A stretch of 32,000 nucleotides of DNA from NCBI GenBank assembly GCA_041690135.1, contig JAWLHY010000007.1:179740-211739 (forward strand). The letters are read 5' to 3'. This document shows, piece after piece, positions 1 to 6,936 of the stretch. A program made the position numbers and the translations under genes. The stretch's first letter is position 1. Every line of letters starts with the position of its first letter. The notes under the pieces were generated by a model. That model was given only the letters and a program-made list of their open reading frames with translations, had not been told where the DNA came from and did not search any database. Origin of the DNA: Armatimonadota bacterium (GTDB lineage: Bacteria; Armatimonadota; SYMT01).

Positions 1-300
1 CCCCCCTCGGTCGCCTTCGGCTCCCTCCGCCTCGAAGGGGAGACGGGCATGATCCGGTTGACCCCGGACGGCCGCCTCTGGTGGACGGAATACGGCCGGG
101 AGGAAAAGCTCCACCCGTTCCGCTGGGAAGAGCGGGGCTACAAAGGGGACAGCGTGTTCGCCCTCCAGCAGCACTTCGTCGACTGCCTGCGGAGCGGTGG
201 GAGGAGCGAGACGGAAGGCGAGGAGTACCTCTCCACGGTGCGGGCGGTGGAGGCGTGCTATCAATCGGCGCGGACGGGACAGGCGGTGGCGATCCAGTGA
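1..300 (+). CDS. Gfo/Idh/MocA-family oxidoreductase, C-terminal fragment (5' end lies outside the window)
   Basis: Frame 1 is open from base 1 to TGA at 298-300. The tail ...GDSVFALQQHFVDCLRSGGRSETEGEEYLSTVRAVEACYQSARTGQAVAI resembles the C-terminal domain ending of Gfo/Idh/MocA enzymes. Its stop overlaps the GTG of the next gene (GTGA). Confidence 0.65.
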   Translation, partial: PPSVAFGSLRLEGETGMIRLTPDGRLWWTEYGREEKLHPFRWEERGYKGDSVFALQQHFVDCLRSGGRSETEGEEYLSTVRAVEACYQSARTGQAVAIQ

Positions 301-1039
301 GGAACGGTTTTCAACTATTCGATGCCCACACGCACATCGGGACGGCGCGCCACAGCGGCCGCCGGTACACCGCCGAGCAACTCCTGGCAGCCATGGACCG
401 GGCGGGGTGGACCGCTCCCTGGTGATTCCGTTTCCGGTGGTGGACGACTACCGCGCCGCGCACGATGAGATCGGGGAAGCGGTGCGGCGTTACCCGGACC
501 GGTTGGTCGGGGCCGCCTGCCTTTATCCGTTCCTCCCCGAGGCAGAGTTCCGGGAAGAAGTGCGGCGCTGCGTGGAAACCTATGGGTTCCGCGCGCTGAA
601 GCTGCAGCCGAAGTTCCAGCCGCTCAACCCGCTCTCCCCCCGGAGCGACTTCTTCTGGGAGACCGCCCGGGAGCACGGGTTGGTCGCGGTCTGCCACACC
701 GGCGACGGGGTGCCGTTTTCCCTGCCTTCGCTCTACATCTCCCCGGCGCGGCGTTTCCCGGATCTCTCGCTGGTTCTGGCGCACGCCGGGGGGAGCGTCT
801 ACTACCAGGAAAGCATTATCGCGGCCCAGGTCTGCCCGAACATCACCATCGAGCTCTCGACCCTGATGCCGCACTTCGTGCTCGATATCCTGGCTCACGT
901 GCCCGCTTCCCGGCTGATGATCGGGTCCGACCTGCCGGAGAGCCTGGAGACGGAACTCGGAAAGGTCTTGGGCCTGGAAGTAGAGGAGGCGGTCCGGCGT
1001 GATATCCTGTGGAACACGGCGGACCGCCTCTTTGGCTAA
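297..1039 (+). pseudogene. Amidohydrolase-2 (PF04909-like, TIM-barrel metal hydrolase) interrupted by a 1-nt frameshift at a G-run
   Basis: The N-terminus with the metal-binding motif FDAHTHIG is in frame 3 (GTG 297, stops at TGA 423-425). The rest (GVDRSLVIPFPVVDDY...VCHTGDG...LAHAGG...GSDLPE) continues in frame 2 to TAA 1037-1039. The frames join at GGGG 404-407. The cause is either a sequencing indel or a true frameshift. Confidence 0.7.
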
Positions 1040-1830
1040 TGCAGCTCTTTGCCCAGGATATAGGCGCCCATCACCACCAGGAACCAGCCAAAGGCCGGCT
1101 TCAGCTTCTCGTTCGAGACCCGCGACGCCAGCAGACTACCCACCACGATCCCGACCGCAGCCACCAGGGTGGCCTCCACCAGGAATGTCCAGTTGATGTC
1201 GCTGGTCCGCTGGACGTCGCCCAGGAAACCCAGCAGCGATTTCGCGGCGATGATCAGCAGGGAAGTCCCCACGGCCACCTGCATCGGCACATTCGCGAAC
1301 AAGACCAGGGCCGGGATGATCAGGAACCCGCCCCCGGCCCCCACCAGCCCCGTGAGGCCGCCGACCACCAGCCCTTCCAGCAGGATCTTCCCCCAGGCGA
1401 AGTGCGGTTCCCCCTCCGGCTCGGCCTCGGGGGTGCGACTCTTGCGGATCATGGTCACCGCACTGGCCAGCATCAGCACCGCGAACAGGGTCAGGATCGC
1501 CTGATCGCGGCCGAGCGCGAACCCCCCGACCTGGAGAACCGTTTCCGGAATGGCGGGGACCACGTACCGCCGGGCGAGGTAGACCCCCAGGAAAGCCGGC
1601 GGTGCGAAGGTCGCCGCGGTCTTGAAGTCGACGAGCCCCCGGCGCATGTAGGCGATGCTGCCCACCAGCGCCGTGGCCCCCACGACGAACAACGAGTAAC
1701 CCGTGGCCATGGTGGCCGAGATGTGGAACAGGTACGCGAAGATCGGGACGGTGAGGATCGAGCCCCCTCCCCCGATCAGCCCCAGCGTCATGCCCATCAG
1801 CGCAATCGCGATCCAGCCCAGATGTTCCAT
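1036..1830 (-). CDS. TauE/SafE-family (DUF81) sulfite/anion exporter-like membrane protein
   Basis: The protein is polytopic and hydrophobic, with GLIGGGGSILTVP and GAGGGFLIIPALV motifs typical of TauE/SafE. I chose the ATG at 1830 (MEHLGW...) because GGAGG lies 6 nt upstream. The ORF track starts 20 codons earlier, at 1890. Confidence 0.85.
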   Translation of the reverse strand: MEHLGWIAIALMGMTLGLIGGGGSILTVPIFAYLFHISATMATGYSLFVVGATALVGSIAYMRRGLVDFKTAATFAPPAFLGVYLARRYVVPAIPETVLQVGGFALGRDQAILTLFAVLMLASAVTMIRKSRTPEAEPEGEPHFAWGKILLEGLVVGGLTGLVGAGGGFLIIPALVLFANVPMQVAVGTSLLIIAAKSLLGFLGDVQRTSDINWTFLVEATLVAAVGIVVGSLLASRVSNEKLKPAFGWFLVVMGAYILGKELH

Positions 1831-2064
1831 CACACCCTCCCCCATCGGCCTCAGGATACCCCCTGGGGCGATTTCGACCCGTGCGGTCACTCAGGGGGAT
1901 GGATACGGTGAAGCTGCGAAGAGATTTAGGGGAAACGGCCTGCCTCGCCGCCTTGAAGGCCAACGCGGCATTCAGTGAGGTGGAATGTTCCACTTTCGAT
2001 GTGCTGGAGGAATGCTCGGCTGTGACCCGGGCACCGTTGGGGTAGCACAGAGGCGACTTCGGTC

Positions 2065-2103
2065 GGGAGGAGAGGGCCGGAGCGGCGCTCCGGCATCCCT
2101 CCC
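2065..2103 (-). terminator. Two-tier GC hairpin downstream of infC (possible U-tract-less terminator)
   Basis: GGGAGG (2065-2070) pairs with CCTCCC (2098-2103). The inner stem GCCGGAGC (2076-2083) pairs perfectly with GCTCCGGC (2087-2094) around a 3-nt loop. It sits 66 nt downstream of the infC stop, and no U-run follows. Confidence 0.3.
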
Positions 2104-2168
2104 AGGGGCGATCTCTCCACGCCGGTTCGAACCAGCGACCGACGGACTTGGATCGCGAGATTGGATTC

Positions 2169-2726
2169 TTAACGCGGGGCCAGGGTCATCGTCATCCGTC
2201 GGCCGTCCATCTCGGCCGGGCGCTCCACGATACTGATATCCATCAACTCGGACGTCAGTTTCTCCAACTGCGCTTCTGCGATTTCGGGACGAGAGCGCTC
2301 GCGCCCTCGGAACAGGAGCGTCACCTGGACGCGGTGGCCTTCTTCCAGGAAAGTGCGGGCCTTACGGGCGCGCAATTCCAGATCGTGCGCTTCCGTGCCG
2401 AAGCGCATCCGGATCCCCTTGGTTTCTCCGGTCTGGTGGCCGTTCTCCCGCTGTTCCCGGCGGGACTCTCGCTGGCGCTTCTTCTCTTCGTACTGTTGCT
2501 TCCCGAAATCGATAATGCGGCAGACCGGAGGCCGCGCCTGGGGGGCCACTTCTACCAGGTCCAGCCCGGACTTCTGCGCGAGACGCAGGGCGTCTCCGGT
2601 CCGCATCACGCCGAGCTGTTTACCGTCGGCGCCGATGACTCTTACTTCGGGAATGCGAATGCGGTTGTTGCGTCGGGGGCCCAACTCGCGGGGTACGTAC
2701 TGCCAGCCTCTTCTAAACCGTGCGAT
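2169..2726 (-). CDS. infC: Translation initiation factor IF-3
   Basis: The translation ...IRIPEVRVIGADGKQLGVMRTGDALRLAQKSGLDLVEVAPQARPPVCRIIDFGKQQYEEKK...TLLFRGRE... matches IF-3 along its length. The ORF track starts at TTG 2684, which has no SD. An in-frame ATC at 2726-2724 is preceded by AGGAG (2738-2734) with a 7-nt spacer, consistent with the known non-canonical infC start. Confidence 0.9.
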   Translation of the reverse strand: MARFRRGWQYVPRELGPRRNNRIRIPEVRVIGADGKQLGVMRTGDALRLAQKSGLDLVEVAPQARPPVCRIIDFGKQQYEEKKRQRESRREQRENGHQTGETKGIRMRFGTEAHDLELRARKARTFLEEGHRVQVTLLFRGRERSRPEIAEAQLEKLTSELMDISIVERPAEMDGRRMTMTLAPR

Positions 2727-2763
2727 CGTTCTGCTCCTTTCTGAATTCAGTGATGCGTCGTGA

Positions 2764-3198
2764 CTACTTGGCCACCTTCCGCTGGCGGGCCGAGGCGCGA
2801 CGCTGGGCGTAATGACGGCGGCGGAGGGTTTCCAGACGCTTGCAGGCTTCCGCGTTCCCGTCGCTGCGGATCACTGCCGCGGCATCCCTGTTCTCCGGGT
2901 CCAGGCCCAGCAACCCCCATGCAGCCTGAATGCGGTCGTCGGGTTGCCTGGCTTCGAGACGTTCTTCCCAATGCCCTTCACAGAGCTCCTGATAAGCATT
3001 GAGGGCCTCGGTGAAGTTGCCACTGCTGAACACCTCGTGCCCCTTGCGGAGTACGTAGAATCTTCCCTGGCGCGGCACCGTGCGGGTATTCGCCTCCAGG
3101 GAAAAGTCGGCGTCGTGGAGCTGCCGCCGATACCAGGTGGTGGGAGCGATGTCGAGTGATTCAGGTAATTTCAAATGACCGTCCTTTCTGTGCTGCAC
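2764..3198 (-). CDS. Hypothetical protein (144 aa, basic C-terminal tail), 37 nt upstream of infC
   Basis: Intact ORF with ATG at 3198. I recognise no family. The composition looks protein-like (not Arg/Pro/Gly junk), and an AT-rich promoter-like patch lies upstream. Confidence 0.5.
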   Translation of the reverse strand: MQHRKDGHLKLPESLDIAPTTWYRRQLHDADFSLEANTRTVPRQGRFYVLRKGHEVFSSGNFTEALNAYQELCEGHWEERLEARQPDDRIQAAWGLLGLDPENRDAAAVIRSDGNAEACKRLETLRRRHYAQRRASARQRKVAK

Positions 3199-3280
3199 GC
3201 CGGAGCGGGACCAGAACTTCGGTCCCCGTCTTCACGGAGCGTTGAAAAGCCGGTCCGCCCAGGATTTGATCACCACTTTT

Positions 3281-3308
3281 AATATACCCATACAAAATGC
3301 TTATTAAA
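3281..3308 (-). promoter_or_regulatory. Sigma-70-like promoter candidate in the only strongly AT-rich patch of this region
   Basis: The minus strand reads TTTAAT (3308-3303), a 16-nt spacer, then TATATT (3286-3281). This is about 75-80 nt upstream of the ATG at 3198, and the flanks are GC-rich. Confidence 0.3.
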
Positions 3309-3352
3309 CGGGTACTCGGTGGACTGGCAAGCAAACCTCTTCAGTCTCAGAG

Positions 3353-3421
3353 TTCCCGTGGAGGCGGGGACACGGCGATGGCCGAACTCGGCCCGGCACC
3401 GCATCCCCGCCTCCACGGGAA
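3353..3421 (-). terminator. Long rod-like hairpin immediately downstream of the M48 protease gene
   Basis: TTCCCGTGGAGGCGGGGA (3353-3370) and TCCCCGCCTCCACGGGAA (3404-3421) form an 18-bp perfect inverted repeat. The 33-nt spacer folds again (GGCCGA-AC-TCGGCC). The structure starts 10 nt after the stop at 3431, and no U-tract follows. Confidence 0.4.
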
Positions 3422-3430
3422 AGTGTCCCC

Positions 3431-4231
3431 TCAGGGCACGCGGTGTGGCGGCTGCTGATTCTGGAAGGCCGGTTGGAGCTGTGGACTGAATCGCTGTAGG
3501 TTTTGGAGACGGGATCCGATTGGCGGATGGCTGAGGTGCTGACGGACCAACCAACCACTGAAGCCGGTATTGATACGGACGGCATCGCCCACCAGGGCGG
3601 CGTCCACCAGAAGGTGATGCAGGCGCGGGCCTACACAGATCTTTTTGAGTGCCGCGGTGGCTTCGTCAAGGGACCCCGCGGCCACGATCCCGGCGTTGTC
3701 GCAGGTCAACTCTCGAGCTTGCAGAAACGCCATCGGTTTGTAGATTTCAAAAATGCCGCGGGGTCCGTGATCCAGAGCTCCGTGACACATTTCGTGGGCC
3801 AGCAGAAATCGAAGCTGCGCCGGGTGCTGAATGAGACCCTCCAGGAGGTCGGACAGGATCACGATGACGCGTTTGCGCGCGAAGCGGATAGCAAATGCAT
3901 TCGCTTCGCCGCTGTGGATGACGATGATCCGGGGCATCACCTTCCAGTTGAATTGCTGCGCCACCTCCTGTGCTGCGGTATAGACCTCGGGAAACTGCCG
4001 CGGAGAGACGGTGGCTCCCAGTGCTTCCAGCGAACGCACATGAAACTCCGCCAGAAGGAAGCGCAGGAGCCAGGCACCCCCGGCGAACAACAGCACCGTC
4101 CCACAGGTCACTGCTGTCCAGACCGCCAGCCCCAGCCAGATAAATCCGTTGATCACATACACGAGTGTCCGTTGCTTCTGCTCTTCCGAGGAGACGCAGG
4201 CTTCGAATGTCATGCCTTGCCCGGTAGCCAT
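3431..4231 (-). CDS. M48-family (HtpX-like) membrane zinc metalloprotease
   Basis: An HExxH motif occurs in the context FLLAHEMCHGALDHG. There are N-terminal hydrophobic helices (VYVINGFIWLGLAVWTAVTCGTVLLFAGGAWLL) and the ANAFA motif upstream of HExxH that is typical of M48. Confidence 0.8.
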   Translation of the reverse strand: MATGQGMTFEACVSSEEQKQRTLVYVINGFIWLGLAVWTAVTCGTVLLFAGGAWLLRFLLAEFHVRSLEALGATVSPRQFPEVYTAAQEVAQQFNWKVMPRIIVIHSGEANAFAIRFARKRVIVILSDLLEGLIQHPAQLRFLLAHEMCHGALDHGPRGIFEIYKPMAFLQARELTCDNAGIVAAGSLDEATAALKKICVGPRLHHLLVDAALVGDAVRINTGFSGWLVRQHLSHPPIGSRLQNLQRFSPQLQPAFQNQQPPHRVP

Positions 4232-4406
4232 GGATAAACCCTCCAGAAACCCCTCAAGATTAGCTACAGTGGAGATCGCCTCCGATTGCCGTGGAGACGC
4301 ACAATTGAGTTGGGGGCGAGCAGGCGGAACTCCTTCTGGAAGACAGGCCGCGAGGCAGGCCGAGAGCCAGGCCGGGAGACGAACGTTTCAGAGGATCCGC
4401 ATGCGC

Positions 4407-4472
4407 GGAGCCCGCCAGGTCCTCGTACTCGAGGACCTGGCGGGCTCCGTCGGCCGTGGTTCGAAGCACGGC
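4407..4472 (-). terminator. 19-bp perfect hairpin plus an adjacent 6-bp hairpin downstream of the SBP56/MerF-like unit
   Basis: GGAGCCCGCCAGGTCCTCG (4407-4425), loop TACT, CGAGGACCTGGCGGGCTCC (4430-4448). This is followed by GCCGTG (4453-4458) pairing with CACGGC (4467-4472). It lies about 90-155 nt downstream of the stop at 4564, with no U-tract. Confidence 0.4.
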
Positions 4473-4563
4473 GGGTTCTTATCGCCGGAGGTCCTTAGGG
4501 CATCAGGCCCACCGGCGGGATCGCTTCGTTTCCTTGGTTCAAGCGGACCGGCTGCGCCGGACC

Positions 4564-4875
4564 TCAAGCGTGGAGGACGTTCAGGAGACGCAAGGTCCAG
4601 AACATCAGCACGAGGGCCGTCGAGGCCCAGGTCGTCACCTCACTGGCGCGGTTACCCCGGCGCTGGATGTATAGGGCGTAGTAGGACCGCGCCAGGAGGA
4701 TTACCGTGAGCACCACCAGTGCCGGTGAAAGCCAGCGGGCCACCAGCGTGGCGGTCGTTCCGGCCAGGCCCAGAGTGGAGAGCGCGGCCGGAAGCAGGCA
4801 GCACTTGAGCGTGCCCAGCGTGGTGACCGCCGCCCCCGCCGCTACGGCCAGCATACTCGATAGCTTTTCCTTCAT
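4564..4875 (-). CDS. Small 3-TM membrane protein with a vicinal Cys-Cys-x-x-Pro motif (MerF/MerT-like)
   Basis: MKEKLSSMLAVAAGAAVTTLGTLKCCLLPAALSTLGLAGTTATLVARWLSPALVVLTVILLARSYYALYIQRRGNR... aligns by eye to MerF (..LCCFTPVLVILLGVVGLSALTGYLDYVLLPALAIFIGLTIYAIQRKRQ..). I chose the ATG at 4875; an alternative TTG is at 4908. Confidence 0.55.
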   Translation of the reverse strand: MKEKLSSMLAVAAGAAVTTLGTLKCCLLPAALSTLGLAGTTATLVARWLSPALVVLTVILLARSYYALYIQRRGNRASEVTTWASTALVLMFWTLRLLNVLHA

Positions 4876-4952
4876 CTTCGAGTTCCAGTTGGACGAACCC
4901 GTCCGCAATTCAAAGTTTGCTCCGATCGCGGACGGGGTGGTTACGGTTGTCG

Positions 4953-6293
4953 CTAGGAGAAGATCTCCGTTGTCACGTCCCCGCCGGGGATCCGCATTTC
5001 GTGGCCGCGTGCGGTGCCGAAGTCGACGTAAAAGTCCGGGTCAAGGGTCATACCCCCGTCGGGATTGCAGTCGATCTTGAGCATCCAGCTCTTCATGTCC
5101 GGATAGAACTGGTTGTCCCAGGTGCTGTAGAGGGAGTTGGTGACGTAGAGCCGCCGCCCGTCCATCGACAACTGGAGCATTTGCGGGCCGCCGTCTAGCT
5201 TCCGATCACCGTGCATTACCGGGCCCAGCACGCCGCCGCACCACACCTGTCCGGTGAGGCGGGGATGCGCGGGGTCGGAGATGTCGTACTGCCGGATGTC
5301 CCCGTGGAGCCAATTGCTGAAGTAGAGATAGCGGTCGTCCATCGAAACCAGCAGGTCGGTGATGAGCCCCGGAACGGGGAACGGCCAGCCGGGGACTTCC
5401 TTGGCCTCGACGTCGATCACTTTCTCCACGTCCCAGCCGCCGTTCTGGGGGAACCACCGCCACATGGTGCTGCTGAGGGCGGCGCCCACATAGCCGGTAT
5501 CGGCATCGGGGTGGTGCAGGAACCGCGACTCCAGCGGGATCATCCCCGCTTCGCCCAGGTCGACGGACTGGAGATGGTTCCGTTTCTCCAGGTCCCAGAA
5601 GTGCAGCCGGTGTCCGTACTTGCCTTCCGTAACGTCCTGGAGGTCGAACCCCTTCTCGAAGGTGTTGGGGAACGCCCACTCGCTGGAGACCATGGTGTTC
5701 TTTCGCGGCTGGTACCAGAAGTCGTACATGAACTCCTGGTCGCCTTTATCGTTCTCCCAGCGGCCCAGTATGCTGAAGTCCTTGCTGTCGAGCACGGCGA
5801 ACCCGCCCGGACCATTCCCTTCCGCGTCTCCCAGCATGCTCAGCGTGACGATCCCGCCCGGCATGCAGTGGACCGTGTGTGGTCGTGAGTAACCGGTCTT
5901 CTTGATCAACTCCTCCGGCTCAATGACCTTCGCGATCTGTGGGCGGCGCGGGTCGGCGAGCACGTCCAGGATGTGCACCCGGCTGGAACGGAAGCCCGGC
6001 ACCACCAGGTACTGGCGCTGCAGCCCGCAGCAGTGGTGGGAAGAGCTGCAAGTCTGCCACCCGAAGTGGTGGAGCTCATCCCCCAGGTTCGGCATCTCCG
6101 CGCGGTGGATGAGCTGGGAGTAGGTATCCGAGTCGGGATGCACGTCCACCACTCCCAGGAAGTCGGGCCGGTCGACACCGGTGCCCGTGTGCAGGCAGCT
6201 CACGTAGAGGAACTCTTCGCGGGGGGCTCGGATCGCCTCTTCCGGCGATGCGTAGCCGGGTCCCGTCGGGCTGTTTTCTGTTGCGCAGGCCAT
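4953..6293 (-). CDS. SBP56-family protein (selenium-binding protein / methanethiol oxidase homologue), no signal peptide
   Basis: It resembles SELENBP1 along its full length as I recall that sequence: GPGYASPEEAIRAPREEFLYV, ELHHFGWQTCSS, YDFWYQPR, IPLESRFLHHPDA, PGLITDLLVSMDDRYLYFSNWLHGDIRQYDISDP, GGPQMLQLSMDGRRLYVTNSLYSTWDNQFYP. I chose the ATG at 6293 (MACATENSPTGPGY), which matches the eukaryotic N-terminus and has AAAGGTAGG upstream. Confidence 0.9.
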   Translation of the reverse strand: MACATENSPTGPGYASPEEAIRAPREEFLYVSCLHTGTGVDRPDFLGVVDVHPDSDTYSQLIHRAEMPNLGDELHHFGWQTCSSSHHCCGLQRQYLVVPGFRSSRVHILDVLADPRRPQIAKVIEPEELIKKTGYSRPHTVHCMPGGIVTLSMLGDAEGNGPGGFAVLDSKDFSILGRWENDKGDQEFMYDFWYQPRKNTMVSSEWAFPNTFEKGFDLQDVTEGKYGHRLHFWDLEKRNHLQSVDLGEAGMIPLESRFLHHPDADTGYVGAALSSTMWRWFPQNGGWDVEKVIDVEAKEVPGWPFPVPGLITDLLVSMDDRYLYFSNWLHGDIRQYDISDPAHPRLTGQVWCGGVLGPVMHGDRKLDGGPQMLQLSMDGRRLYVTNSLYSTWDNQFYPDMKSWMLKIDCNPDGGMTLDPDFYVDFGTARGHEMRIPGGDVTTEIFS

Positions 6294-6338
6294 CGTTGTC
6301 CTACCTTTCGTGCGGTTCAAATCGAGAGCGCGTGCCCT

Positions 6339-6359
6339 CTGAAGGCTGAAGGCTGAATG
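6339..6359. repeat. Three tandem heptamers (CTGAAGG CTGAAGG CTGAATG) in the SBP56 upstream region
   Basis: Read directly from the sequence, 46-66 nt upstream of the SBP56 ATG. Confidence 0.9.
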
Positions 6360-6427
6360 CTACCGGCCGGGAGCGGCGATACGGATGGGGAAAGCCCCGG
6401 CATCCGGGAAGCCGGTGCGGCGTGGGT

Positions 6428-6730
6428 TCACGAGGCCGCCCCGGCCTCCACGGGGTCCTCGCGGACGACCACCGTCCGCACCACCGGGATGATCTCGTCA
6501 GCGACCAAACCCGCCCGTTGCGCGTGGTCCCGGATTGCCTCCGGTCCGGTTGCCTGGTAAACGCACACTGTGCCGAGCCGGCCGTCCGGCTCCGTTACTA
6601 CATAGGAGCGGATCCAACGCACCGTGTCGGGCATCTCCTCGTTGCCGACTCGCGCGGAGCGACCCGCGGCGATCTCGAGTTCCTGCGGCGTTCCCCACGC
6701 GCTGCGGCGGCGAATCAGGTAAGTTTCCAT
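6428..6730 (-). CDS. DUF4242-family protein (SCO4226-like small ferredoxin-fold protein)
   Basis: METYLIRRRSAWGTPQELEIAAGRSARVGNEEMPDTVRWIRSYVVTEPDGRLGTVCVYQATGPEAIRDHAQRAGLVADEIIPV fits the DUF4242 pattern (W..sYv..D..yCvY.A....i..Ha...g.Pad.i..V). The ATG at 6730 has AGGGAG 8 nt upstream. Confidence 0.75.
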   Translation of the reverse strand: METYLIRRRSAWGTPQELEIAAGRSARVGNEEMPDTVRWIRSYVVTEPDGRLGTVCVYQATGPEAIRDHAQRAGLVADEIIPVVRTVVVREDPVEAGAAS

Positions 6731-6936
6731 TTGCGCATCTCCCTTCTTCAGGCCGGAAGGACGTGCGGTCCGGTGAGATCCGGTCCAAGGCGAAACCGCA
6801 AGGTGCTGCACGTTCCGCCTCTCACGTGAGGTAGTATAGAGGGGGGAGGGTGGGGTGTCCTTCGCCCGACCTTACCAAATCCTTACCTGTTTCTCGCGTG
6901 CCGGGCGCCGGTCGCCCGGGCGGACGGGCGGATGTA

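Noticed and set aside
1861-2115. A 15-nt near-repeat, CCCTGGGGCGATTTC (1861-1875) and CCCAGGGGCGATCTC (2101-2115).
   Set aside because: A rough estimate shows that 13/15 matches between two sites in 32 kb of GC-biased sequence are expected many times by chance. There is no further support.
1926-2120. A 64-aa ORF downstream of infC, considered as a possible rpmI (L35).
   Set aside because: The translation (MERSPLGGMPERRSG...) is not Lys-rich and has no similarity to L35. It also overlaps the hairpin region.
2119-2135. GGTTCGAACC, resembling a tRNA T-loop, in the infC/TauE intergenic region. A similar GTTCGAAG loop occurs at 4459-4466.
   Set aside because: The flanking bases do not form a T-stem, and no acceptor, D or anticodon arms can be drawn on either strand. 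GGTTCGAACC is simply self-complementary.
4232-4563. ORFs in the 332-nt gap (4260-4469 -, 4286-4498 +, 4149-4709 +), considered as possible small genes.
   Set aside because: They have no SD and junk-like composition, and they run straight through the 19-bp hairpin. The region is better explained as non-coding.
4953-6320. Possible selenocysteine (in-frame TGA) recoding or a SECIS element in or near the selenium-binding-protein homologue.
   Set aside because: The SBP56 ORF is uninterrupted from start to stop, and no neighbouring ORF looks truncated at a TGA. SBP56 proteins are not selenoproteins.
6821-6830. A 10-bp perfect palindrome, CTCACGTGAG, upstream of the wHTH-TPR regulator, considered as an operator.
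   Set aside because: It is short enough to occur by chance, and no convincing -35/-10 context could be assigned. I noted it but did not call it as a feature.
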